A stretch of DNA of 64,000 nt from Octopus vulgaris. Taxonomy: Eukaryota. Under the pieces are notes generated by a model that made no database searches, was not told the DNA's origin, and saw only the letters and a list, made by a program, of their open reading frames with translations. Below are positions 1 through 12,845 of the stretch, piece after piece (position 1 is the stretch's first letter; every line of letters starts with the position of its first letter). The stretch is taken from NCBI GenBank assembly GCA_951406725.2, contig OX597820.1, positions 28,768,001 through 28,832,000 on the forward strand. Reading direction: 5' to 3'. Position numbers and translations under genes: made by a program.

Positions 1-919
1 TTATCAATGGGCGGAATTAGCTAAGTTGAAATATGTTTATCGTGTACTAGCAGTATCGCCCGGCGTTGCTCGGGTTTGTAAGGGAAATAACTATATAAGC
101 ATTTTTAGAGATGTAAAGTATAATAGCCATCTCAATATGGCTAACCACAAAGGGGGTGTTACTGTAGCTTTTTACGTTCTGAGATTTAATAATACATTTT
201 TAGAGAGTTACTTCCCTTATATATGCCAAAAATGCATTAAAAATGGGAAAAAGTTATGGTAATTTTTTTTTAAATCGTAGACTCATCGTAGACGCGGGCT
301 AATACCCAGAAGGGCTCGATATGAATCACGACTATAAGATACCCGCTTTTGGTTAAACTGCACCGCAAAATGTGAGAGTAGTTAGGAATCTAAATCGTAG
401 GAGACAGACACCACACAACCTCACTTTTATATGTATAGATATCAACTGCTAAAAGGCAAATGCACTGCAGTTACAATGGGGAATAATCTCTCTCATGGTG
501 AAAAGGTGTAAAAACACCCGGTAGGTTCAATGTTGCCACCTATTAGGAACCTCAGACATCAATGTTAGCGCTAATAATTCAATGTTTTCCTTTGATCGGC
601 GATCTACAGGCGGAAATCAGTCAGCGTGTTGACTGAATAATACTGTAGCTTTATAAGTCTGTAGCTTTATAAGTCTGTAGCTTTATAAGTCCGTTTAGAG
701 TTGTATCTCTTAGGTACATTTCATCAAAAATAGCCAAGAAGCTCGAAACATCGATGTCTGAGATTCCTAACAGATGGCGTCACTGAACGGACCGGTTGTC
801 TTTACACCTTTCACCATAAGAGACATTTATTATCTATGGTAACTCTAGTGTATTTGCCATTTAGCAGTTGAAATACATGACAAACATATTTCAACTTAGC
901 TAATTCTGCTCATACATAA
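1..919. mobile_element. Old foldback/MITE-like element with ~170-bp imperfect inverted arms; left arm split by a Helitron and possibly extending beyond the window start
   Basis: 1-46 joined to 440-566 aligns with the reverse complement of 747-919 (e.g. GAATTAGCTAAGTTGAAATATGTTT / AAACATATTTCAACTTAGCTAATTC). The spacer holds three tandem copies of CTGTAGCTTTATAAGT (~583-630). Confidence 0.75.
47..439 (-). mobile_element. Non-autonomous Helitron (393 bp)
   Basis: The minus strand starts TC (TCTATACATATAAAAG) and ends with a GC-rich hairpin CCCGAGCAACGCCGGG followed by CTAG. It is inserted between A and T with no TSD, and removing it restores the host inverted-repeat arm. Confidence 0.85.
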
Positions 920-1195
920 ATACTGCTTAGCGCTAATAATTCGCTATATATGTATATCTGTTACCTATTACTTGTTTCAGTCACTATCCTGCAGTTATGC
1001 TGATGCACCGCATATATAAGTATATTAATATTTGGGTTTTTTTTATCTTCAGTGATAATAAAAACAATTTTGTATTAATCTAACAGGCCACTGTACACTT
1101 TTATAGAGTACAGATTTATTATTCTTAAACAAGAATTTTGTTGGGAATAAATTCGAAGTTTCGACTAGCTAAGCCAGCTTCGGAATACTTATTTA

Positions 1196-1355
<160 letters not shown>

Positions 1356-1710
1356 ATACATAAACACACACAGAAAGGAGATAGACAGAATATAAGTTAG
1401 AGGAGGGAAATTTCCATGGAGAAGAGATCATGTATTGCTTTGTTTTACACATACACACGTGCACCCACAGATACACACACACACAGCCAAACACACAAAT
1501 ACATACACACATATACACATCAGTTAATACACCCGCCCATTCGCATATCATATATAATATATCCTTAATCATCTATGAGTAGAAATGTTTTATGACTCTG
1601 TATCATGTCCAGTTATTAAATCTATTTGGTGAAACAAATAATTCAATCAAAATTTCGGAGTGAAAACGTCTGGAAAAGTTTTGATCTGTGTACGGAGATA
1701 ACTAACTATG

Positions 1711-1808
<98 letters not shown>

Positions 1809-1941
1809 AAAATATAATAGTTATAGATAATGTGCGCTTCTTGCAGAAATCTAACAATTTTGTATTTATGGAAACATATAATATCAAAATATGTACGATA
1901 TTGACGCTAAAACCCCACAAAAATATTTAGAGTTATTCTAA

Positions 1942-1982
<41 letters not shown>

Positions 1983-2924
1983 ATATATATATATAAGTGA
2001 TATATATATCTTATAGTGATAAATACGTATTTAAACTATGCGCTAATGCTATAAATATCGTATGTTTTGCGACTGTCATCAAAAACAGATGCATCAATGA
2101 AGGCACATTTGTCTTATTGATTTTACCATATGCTGAGAAATGGCGTTGTGAAGTTTATCACTCTTCTGTGCGTAAGCAAGAAGGTGTGGTCAAGAATTTC
2201 GGTTAATTATTCACATGTTTCTGGATTCCTCCTCACTGCTGAGAAATCGTCTACTAATCCACCCACAGATTGAGCAATGTCCAATGAGGCAGATTTGTGT
2301 AGATTTCCTTATTATTTCAAATAAATCAAGTTTACACGTACTGAGTACCTATTTGTCTCGCGTAGTTAGCTTGCCTATGGCAAATTGGTCCTAAAGTACC
2401 TCGTTGGCTGGCTTGTGCTAATTTGAATTGTCTATGGCTATATGGCTCACCTTTAATTTGTTGACCTCTCTGCATAAATTTGGTTCTTCCGTGATTTTCT
2501 GGCTCGCCTGTGTAAAGTGGTTTGCTTGTGCATATTTCTTTCCTCTATAGAAGTTGCCTCATCTGTGTCAAACTGTCTCATCAGTGCATAGTTCGTCTAA
2601 TTTCGTGAGAAATTATATCGTTTGTGCCTTGTCGTACCTGTACCAAGCTGGTTCACTGTGCCAATTCGGCTCATTGCGTCAGTTCGGTTCCCTGTGCCCA
2701 ATTGGATCGCACCTACCGAGTTGACTAACATGTGCCTGCACTCTTCAGAGTTGATACACGTTCTGCTTGACGGATGTTTGTATTTTTTGTTGAAGATTTA
2801 GGGCCAGATCTGCTATGAAAGAAGTGATCTATAACGTGAATTATATATCCGAGCGTGTTCCTTTCAAATATAAAGACAACACGTAATTTGCGGGATATTT
2901 GGGGTGTTATTTCCAGAAGAAGAT

Positions 2925-3460
2925 TTGATTTGATTTTTCTCAAACGAGAAAAACTTCGACCAAGATCAAAAAGTTAACAGAAGAAATGACAGATGGTTAT
3001 GTGCAGACCATTCTAAAGTTGCAAGTGTTATGCATACAAAATTTCCTGCAACTGTCATGGTTTTAGGGGTTGTCAGCAATGAATAACATGTGATGCCTCC
3101 TTATTTCTTTCCACAGGGCCTTAGCGTTGACTCTGCCGCTTTTATTGAGGCCCTGGAAAAAACTGCTCAGCCCTGGATAGACGGTGTATGCAATGGAAGG
3201 CCATAGGGCTCTAGCACATGGCTCTAGTAACACAGGAATGGACGGCTAAAAATGTATATGATCTCATGACACCTAACGTTTGGCCTCCGAATTCCCCAGA
3301 TCTCAATCGATTGGACCATTACATGTGGAGCGTTCTTGAGAGCGAGGTCAATAAACACACCTATAACACCAAAGATCCTTTAAAAGCTGCCATAATCAGA
3401 GTAATATCCAAAATGAACCAGGACCACTTGATTCGTGCATGTTGATGACTTAGATCTCAT
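2925..3460 (+). pseudogene. Decayed Tc1/mariner-superfamily transposase catalytic domain (maT/DD37D-like)
   Basis: Translates as FFSNEKNFDQDQKVNRRNDRWL...HTKFPATVMVLGVVSNE*HVMPPYFFPQGL...PWIDGV, then WPPNSPDLNRLDHYMWSVLE. It has stops, the first catalytic D is changed to N and the second D region is deleted. Confidence 0.85.
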
Positions 3461-3645
3461 ATGGAAACAGCTGCATTGAATAACATCATACAAAAGGTTT
3501 CTTTTTATTCTCAAAGTTATTATTTGCTATTGTATATCTGTTTTTTATAAATATAAATCAAATATCCTACGTACCCTGTATACATATATTGACATATATT
3601 TATGTATGTATATATATATATATACATAGCTGTAAGTATGTTTGT

Positions 3646-3718
3646 ATACATACATACATACATACATACATACATACATACATACATACATACATACATA
3701 CATACATACATACATACA

Positions 3719-3748
<30 letters not shown>
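3646..3748. repeat. (TACA)n microsatellite
   Basis: Read directly from the sequence. Confidence 0.95.
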
Positions 3749-3750
<2 letters not shown>

Positions 3751-3867
3751 AACTCTGGTCTTGCTGGCCAAGAAAACATCATCCACCATTGTGTCTCTAC
3801 GCAAATAGCAGTTATTCTTGGTTCGTTCCCCTTCCGAAATACTGCTTCTTATTGCTGTTTGTGTTAT

Positions 3868-5266
3868 TGCTAAAATTACAATGTTCCTAGAAGAAAATGT
3901 CCTACTAAACAATATACAGCATGGCTTCCTTCCAGGAAGAAGCTCCCTCATACGGCTACTCCGTATGACTGGGTTTTGAAACGGCTGCTTGACCATTCAG
4001 ATGTCAGCGTGATATATCTTGAGTTTGCAAAGGCATTTGATAAATAAGATCACAGCATGAAACGTCATCAGCTATGAGAGCTGGTGGCATTGCTGGCAAA
4101 CTGGGAGACTGGCTGCATGTCTTCCTTAAAGACAGAAGTTAGGTAGTTATAGCCAATTGTGCCCTTTCTGAGGATACCCAAATCCTAAGTAGCGTCCGCC
4201 AGGGGACCGTTCTGGGGCCATTACTGTTCATAATAGCCCACTTAGACATGCCGATCGGACAGCCACTGTTACTAGCCATGACGATGATACAAAATTATTA
4301 CAAGCAATGAAAAATCAAGATGACGTCGCAAGCTTACAGCGGGACCTGAATTTGATGTACAAGTAAGCCGAAATAAACAGCATGCAGTTTAACGCTGGGA
4401 AATTTCAAGCATTGCACTATTAACTCACGAATGCAGTACAGCCTGCATATTCAAGACTCGAAGACACTACAATCCCAGAGTCATAAGCATTAAGACATTT
4501 GGGGATCAATATGTGCAATGGTTCATCATTCTATATATGCACATTACCAAAATAGCAACAAAGTGCAGACAACTGGCAAGATGAATGCTGAAGTCCTTCA
4601 AGATAAGAGACCAAGAATCTAAGTTGACCCTGTGAAGACACTTTCTTCTCATCCGCCTGGACTACTGCTACCAAGTATGGCCCCACATTATGCCAAACTA
4701 ACAGTGGAGCTTGAAGCAGTCCAGCGCCACTAAATTAAAAAAGAAAACGGAAATAGTGCAGCGGGTGAGTTAAAGGGATAGGCTGAGAAAACTGCAACTT
4801 TACTCCCTGGAGCGAAGGCGCGACAGATACGCAATAATTTACATATGGATAACTCTAGAGGGGCTGGTACCTAACGTTGGCATTGAGTGTTATACAAACG
4901 CCAGAACTGGCCGCCATTGTATTATACCAAAGGTACCATCCGCTCCATCTAAATTGAGGACCAGGCACTGCAATAGCCTAGAGTTCAAAGGCCCACAGCT
5001 TTTCAATGCCCTACTACAAACATTTTTAGAAACTGCATAAGGTTGAAGAAGATGTCTTCAAAATGGAACTAGATATCCTTCTCTCCACAATACCGGATGA
5101 ACCAACAGCTCGACATGAGGTGCAAACGAAAGCGGCGGAATCGAACTCCCTTATACGCCAAATGGGTGAACAGCTGCGACAAAGGCACATACAGGAATGG
5201 TGATGTGAAATACTCCAGACTGAGGAAATCAAAAAGACCACGGTAGTGCTCCAGCATGGCCGCAGT
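3868..5266 (+). mobile_element. 5'-truncated decayed CR1-group LINE (reverse transcriptase plus 3' end)
   Basis: RT motifs QHGFLPGRS, VIYLEFAKAFDK, SVRQGTVLGPLLF, SHDDDTK (YADD site), MQFNAGKF and C-terminal LYSLERRRDR, with many stops and frameshifts. Confidence 0.9.
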
Positions 5267-5268
5267 AA

Positions 5269-5299
<31 letters not shown>

Positions 5300-5879
5300 G
5301 CAGACATATACACACACATATACTCTACTCACACACAGATCCACGTGAACAAACTTATAGCATTACACAAATAAATGTGAATCTTATAAACCAACTTTTG
5401 TAAAACACATAGCCTGCTCTATAAAATGAAATTTCCCTCAACTGAGGATTGAAACGCGAATGAGGATTTGCGTTAATAGAAACTTTCTTGCTACACCACA
5501 ATCCTTTGTGTTTATATTGCTTTTTTTCTGTTTTTTTTTCCTTCTTTTATTTATCTTTCAGTTTTTGTTTTTTTATCATTTTCGAAATATCATGAGAATA
5601 ATTATCTCCAATCTGTAACCCATTTATATTTCATGGCTATGCACACGTCTGAAATGTCAGATCGACTAGATATAATTCATCTTTAAATCATTTACATTGT
5701 ACACATACATAATCGATAAGGGAGTATAGACGCTAATGTCTTTAGGACAGCTTATTGATTTTCTGGTTATGCAACTAATGTCCTTATGATTTGAGAAAAA
5801 AGTATGAAAATCACAACCTCTCATTTCGTCTCAAGTCAGAGATGTAACAATGTCTGTTATAAATTTTGCTGAAGTTGGC

Positions 5880-6165
5880 TGATTACACAGACGAAGGTAC
5901 TTGTTGATCCTGTCAACGCAACAGTCTGCTCAAGAGATTAGCGTGCATGTCGATGAGCATTTGACAGAGACGCATGCCCTTAAAGTAGCTCTTTTGGAGT
6001 TTCAGCGTGACACAATATGACAAGAGTGACTCTTTGAAACGGGTGTACTATTCATTTTTGTCAACTGAGCACAGTGAAATAAAGTGTCTTGCTTGAAGAC
6101 ACAGCGCGCCCTCGGGAATCGAACCATGTGCTGAATACTCAAACCACTAAGCCGCGTGCCTTCAT
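5880..6165 (-). mobile_element. Diverged SINE related to family B (tail 1)
   Basis: Matches the B1 tail (TTCAGCGTGACACA, TTAGCGTGCA) and has a tRNA-like head (GGGAATCGAACC...AACCACTAAGCC on +). Confidence 0.55.
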
Positions 6166-6340
6166 ACCACTAGATAACTGATGATTAAATATCATTGCAT
6201 CCGACGCCATCTTGTTTTCTGTTTTTACATCACCAACATAGTCAATCGATACTCGACAGAGGCGACAGGCCACTTTCTAAATTTTTTAAAATTATCTCCC
6301 CAGTCTTTTTCCAGCAATTGCAGCAATTTCCAGCAATTGC

Positions 6341-6559
6341 AAAGCGGCAAGCTGGCAGAAACGTTAGCACGGCGGGTGAAATGCTTAGAAATATTTCGTC
6401 TGTCTTTAAGTTCTGAGTTCAAATTCCGCCGAGGTCGACTTTGCCTTTCATCTTTAGGGGTCGATTAAATAAGTACCAGTTACACACTGGGGTCGATCTA
6501 ATCGACTGACCCCTTCCCCAAAGATTTCGGACCTTGTGCCTAGAGTAGAAAAAAATCTG
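6341..6559 (+). mobile_element. SINE-A single copy (tRNA head, Meta-domain-like core, tail 2)
   Basis: B-box-like GAGTTCAAATTCC and core GCCTTTCATCTTTAGGGGTCGATTAAATAAGTACCAG. Candidate TSD CAGCAATTGC at 6331-6340 and 6560-6569. Confidence 0.85.
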
Positions 6560-6674
6560 CAGCAATTGCCATGAGGTTTCAGTTGGTATGTATGTATGTA
6601 CATACGTATGTATGTACATACGTATGTATGTATGTGTGTATATATGTTTTTATGTATGTATATATTCTATTATT

Positions 6675-7074
6675 CTTTTTTCATTTTGTTTCAGTCATTT
6701 AACTGCGGTTATGCTGGAGTATTTCCTTGAAGGGATTTTAGTCGAACAAATCGACCGTAGGGATTACTTTTTAAAGGCCAGTACTTATTTTGTTGGTCTA
6801 TTTTGCCGAACCGCTAGATTATGAGGACGTAAACACACCAACACCAGTTGTCAAGTGGTGATGAGGGGGGGAATGCATACACACACATATATATGTGTGT
6901 ATGTGTATATATATATATGTATATATACATTCATATACATACATACATACGACAGGCTTCTTTCAGTTTCCGTCTACCAAATCCACGAATCTTTGGTCGG
7001 TCCATGCTATAGTAGAAGACACTCACCCAAGGTGCCATGTGATCGGGAGCAAGCTTCTTGCCACACAGCCACGC
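6675..7074 (-). mobile_element. SINE-C copy with internal (TA/TG) microsatellite
   Basis: Homologous to 16741-17274 and 61641-62049. Confidence 0.85.
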
Positions 7075-7094
7075 TTTTGACTATGCTTGTGTGT

Positions 7095-7982
7095 ATGTAT
7101 TTATGTAGCATCGCAGATGTGCGTGCAGCTGTGGGGGGAAATTGTCGAATCACCATCTGTGAGTTATCGGAGGATGAGCAGATTTGTTACGGTTCAGTTC
7201 AGTTTATTATCACTGAAGATTTGGGTATAAGAGCGTATCTGCCTATTGCGTGTCAAAATGCTTTCAGCTGACCAAAACGACACCCGGATTTCAGTTGCAC
7301 AAGATCTTCTTGATTGTGTTGCGAACTATAAAAACTTTTTGAAAACGGTCATAACGGGTGATGGATGAATCGTGGGTTTATGGTTATGACCCCAACACAA
7401 AGGCTCAGTCTTCGCCGTGGAAGACCCCAATCTCTCCGAGACAGTAGAAATCACGAATGAATCGAAGCAATGTGAAGCCACTGTTTTCTTCGACCACAAG
7501 GGGATTGTTCATCATGAGTATGCTCCACCTGGTCAGACAGTAAACAAGGATTACTACTGTGACGTTTGAGGTGTTTGTGGGATGCTATTCGTCGGAAAAG
7601 TCCACAATTACATACATCCGGTGGGTGGCAGTTGCACAATAACAACGTATCTGCTCATTCAGCGCAGCTTGTACGGCAGATTTTGGCTAGGGAAAACATT
7701 CCCCAGGTTGCAACAGCCACCATAGTCCCCAAATCTCGCCCCTTGCGACTTTTTCCTCTTTCCAAAAATCAAATCCCGCTTGAAAGAAAGAATGCAACGA
7801 GACAGCTGCTGATAATCCCAGAAAACGTGTTCCATGAATGCTTCCATCAATGGACACAAAGCTGGAATAAGTGTGTGGCTTCCGAAAGGGACTGCTTTGG
7901 AGGAGATTAAATCCCAAATTGGTACGTGTTGTAATTGTGTCTTTATAGCACCAGTCCGGATACTTATTGATCAGACCTCGTA
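7095..7982 (+). mobile_element. Decayed mariner (DD34D-type) transposon, 3' part with right TIR
   Basis: Fragments read RITICELSE, VITGD..SWVYGYDPNTKAQSSPWK, FFDHKGIVHHEYAPPGQTVNKDYY, WQLHNNNVSAHSA, SPNLAPCDFFLFPKIK and WNKCVASERDCFGGD*. A TIR-like CCAGTCCGGATACTTATTGATCAGACCTCG followed by TA lies at 7951-7982. Confidence 0.9.
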
Positions 7983-8698
7983 CAAGACTTCTCACCTAAC
8001 ACTGTTCTGCCGTAGTTACATAACGCTTAGTGCAGTTGACATATGACGCATAACATCAACGGAGACATGATATGGTCAAGTAGCTCACGGGCTTGCCCAC
8101 ATCGTATCGTAATACATAATCAGTTCTTCCCATCAATAAGAACCGATAACCATTAACTAAAGAATGAAAGAGAGAGATATCTAAGTTTTAATGCTCCGTC
8201 CCTGTCCTAGAACATTAGCAACATAAATGAAATGAAATAGCTTTGAGTGAAAAATTTAATCATCTTGCAATCTTTATTCTCTGACAACTTACAAATTCAA
8301 CGAATCATTTTAACTATGCATTCAAGCAATCTATTTTAAGGAAAAGTAATTAAATAGCATGACATTCACACCTTTCTGCTCAGGCACTATCGACATAAGT
8401 GAAGTGAAATTCGTTCGGCTACTGACTGAAACTGCACTGTACTTCCTCTAACTTGCAGAAAACTTCTCTACAGCGCTCTGCTGCTCCTGCTATCTGAAAG
8501 CGCCAACAGCTAACCTTAATGTATCTATATTAAGATGAACAGATGTGCGTGAATGTCCATTGAATATAAATTCTTTCTCCCCTAAAACGTCTATAATTAC
8601 GCCATGTTTGTAGCAGAGAATCATTCATCGCACTTGTGCAGTGGTTTATTATAGCATTGAAATTAAACGGAATGCCTCACACTATCTTGTGTGTGTTT

Positions 8699-9240
<542 letters not shown>

Positions 9241-9574
9241 TGTGTATGTATGTGCGTATACATATCTCGCAAAAGAGAAATCGCTAGTCAACCGCTAACC
9301 TATTATATATCAAACTGTTGACAACTGCATAAAAGAAAGAGAAAAGTTTACGCTGACTGAGAGCAGGGCTTTATAATTATCTCCAACTGGTTGCTTGGTT
9401 GTTTTTAATAGCAAACATCTAACTTCACAGATTGATGTTAATCAAATGTTCACATTTGTGTGATTTCTGTCTGTCCTCCTCCTTCTGTTTGTCTCTCCGT
9501 CTCTATTTTCCTCTCTCTATTTTATTATATATTTATTGTTGCTTTATACTAATGCATTTTATGCTATTTCCATT

Positions 9575-10615
<1,041 letters not shown>

Positions 10616-11117
10616 TAGCAACGGCATCTAAATGTCATCTAGACACTCAGTCATCTTTTGTTATCAATTTTTACATTGAATTGTAGTAGATGACTATTAA
10701 CACACACACACACACAAAAGAAAAAAAGAAAATCGTAGCGTGTATGTTTTGAAAACATCTGATAAAGGTATCTCAAATAGACACAATCTGTTAACAATGC
10801 TCGTATTACCAATAGATGCTGACTTGATACATATATCTTGGGAATATCAATAATACACTGATAGAGATCGACTAGAACGGTGAAAATGGCGTTCACATTG
10901 AATAATATACACATACTCACGCACACGCACGCACATACACGCAAGTGCATATATATATATATATATATATATGTAAGGCACTTATAAATGTTACTATCTA
11001 TAGTTTCAGTATTTGCGTATTACATGTGTAAAATATATTGCTTTGTGTTGGCCACGTAAAACTGAGTAGCAATATGCCGTGCTTTTTCATTCAACATTAT
11101 TATTAAGGTGTTTACAT

Positions 11118-11330
11118 AGGCGGCTAGCTGGTAAAATCGCTAGCACGCCGGGCGAAATGCTTCGCGGTGTTTCACCTGTCTCTACATTCTGAGTTCAAAT
11201 TCCGCCGTAGTCGATTTCGTCTGTCATCCTTTCGGGGTTATTTAAATAAGTACCAGTTACGCACTTGGGACGATGTAACCGACTTAATCCCCCTCCCCCA
11301 AACTTCCCTCTGGCAACAATTTGAAATCAT
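11118..11330 (+). mobile_element. SINE-A copy (diverged)
   Basis: Contains TAGCACGCCGGGCGAAATGC, GAGTTCAAATTCCGCCG and AAGTACCAGTTACGCAC. Confidence 0.8.
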
Positions 11331-11339
11331 TATTAACAT

Positions 11340-11731
11340 CTTTGCTGTTGTTATATTTTTTAATGTTTGACTTTTGATTTACATTTGTACAAGTTGGCTC
11401 CAAGTCTCACCCAGAGACCTCAAGAGACAACAAGTTGGAAGTTCATGTTGGTGTTATGCCTAGTGTGCCATATATTTGGTTTTGTACATAGTGTTGTTCT
11501 AGACAATGTTTAATTATAAGAAAATTATGTGTTTGTTTTAAAAACTTGAGATTACATAGAATGTATTTTGTGTTGATAAGGGCAGTTCTGATGAATAGTG
11601 TCTTTTGAATTTCTGCCATTTTGGTGTTCCCTAGTATGTGAGCCAGGTAGCAATCAGCCCCTTTTGCTATCATTCCCAGGGCACCTATGACAACAGGTAT
11701 TGTTTTAGTCTTCAGGTTCCACATTATGCTA
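11340..11731 (-). mobile_element. R4/Dong-like non-LTR retrotransposon 3' fragment next to (AAT)n
   Basis: MWNLKTKTIPVVIGALGMI...IQK is homologous to the C-terminus at 43443-43682. The truncated 5' end abuts (AAT)n at 11732-11805. Confidence 0.8.
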
Positions 11732-11809
11732 ATTATCATTATTATTGTTATTATTATTATTATTATTGTTATTATTATTATTATTATTATTATCATTATT
11801 ATTATTGCT

Positions 11810-12028
11810 AAAGTGACGAGCTGGTAGAGTCGTTAGCACGCCGGGTAAAATGCTTAGCGGCATATAATATGCTTTTACGCTCGACGTAATATGCCTTTAC
11901 GCCGAGGTCGACTTTGCCTTTCATTCTTTCGGAGTGAATAAAATAAGTAGCAGTTGAACACTGGAGTCCATGTAATCAACTTATCCCCACTCCGAAATTG
12001 CTGGCCTCGTGCTAAAACTTGGAGCAAT
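11810..12028 (+). mobile_element. SINE-A copy (diverged)
   Basis: Contains GACGAGCTGGTAGAGTCGTTAGCACGCCGGG and CCGAGGTCGACTTTGCCTTTCA. Confidence 0.75.
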
Positions 12029-12201
12029 TATTATTATTTATTTTCTGGTTCTTGCTTCTTGCGTTTAGTGTTCATAACCCGCTAAGGTTAATTTTGCTAT
12101 TCGTGTATCCGGGGTAGGCAAAAGAAAATATCAACGAAGTACAGGGAATCGATTTTATCTTCTAATTCTAATTCACTTCCTCTCACTATTGTTCGTTTTG
12201 T

Positions 12202-12582
12202 AAGGCGGAGAGATGGTAGAAACTTTAGCACACCGGACGAAATGCTTAGCGGTATTCCGTCTGCTGTTACGTTCTGAGTTCAAATTCCGCCGAGGTCGAC
12301 TTTGCCTTTCATCCTTTCGGGGTCGATTAAATAAGTACCAGTTACGCACTGGGGTCGATATAATCGACTTAATCCCTTTGTCTGTCCTTGTTTGTCCTCT
12401 TTGTGTTTAGCCCCTTCTGGGTAGTAAAGAAATAGGTATTCCGTCTGTCTTTACGTCCTGAGTTCAAATTCCACCGAGGTCAACTTTACCATTCATCCTT
12501 TCGGGGTTCGATAAATTAAGTACCATTTCCGTATTTGGAGTCCATCTAATATCGTACCTTGTGCCTGGAGTAGAAAAGAATA
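12202..12582 (+). mobile_element. SINE-A two-unit array (tail-1 unit plus tail-2 unit)
   Basis: The 184-bp units both start GGTATTCCGTCTG (12251 and 12435). Confidence 0.9.
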
Positions 12583-12629
12583 TTTTTGGTTTTGTGCCTA
12601 AATCGGAAATCATTATTTCTCGAGCGTCA

Positions 12630-12845
12630 GACGGCGAACTCGCAAAATCGTCAACACTCCGATAAAATGCTTAGCAGCATTTCGTCTGTCTTTATGTTCT
12701 GAGTTCAAATGATGCTGAGGTTGACTTTACATTTTATCCTGTTTGGATTGATGAAACAAGTACCGGTGGAACATTGGGGTCAAAATAACTGAATAGATTC
12801 CCTCGTTATAATTTCAGGTCTTATGCCTATAACGTAAGGTATTAT
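12630..12845 (+). mobile_element. SINE-A copy (old)
   Basis: Contains AAATGCTTAGCAGCATTTCGTCTGTCTTTATGTTCTGAGTTCAAAT. Confidence 0.7.
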
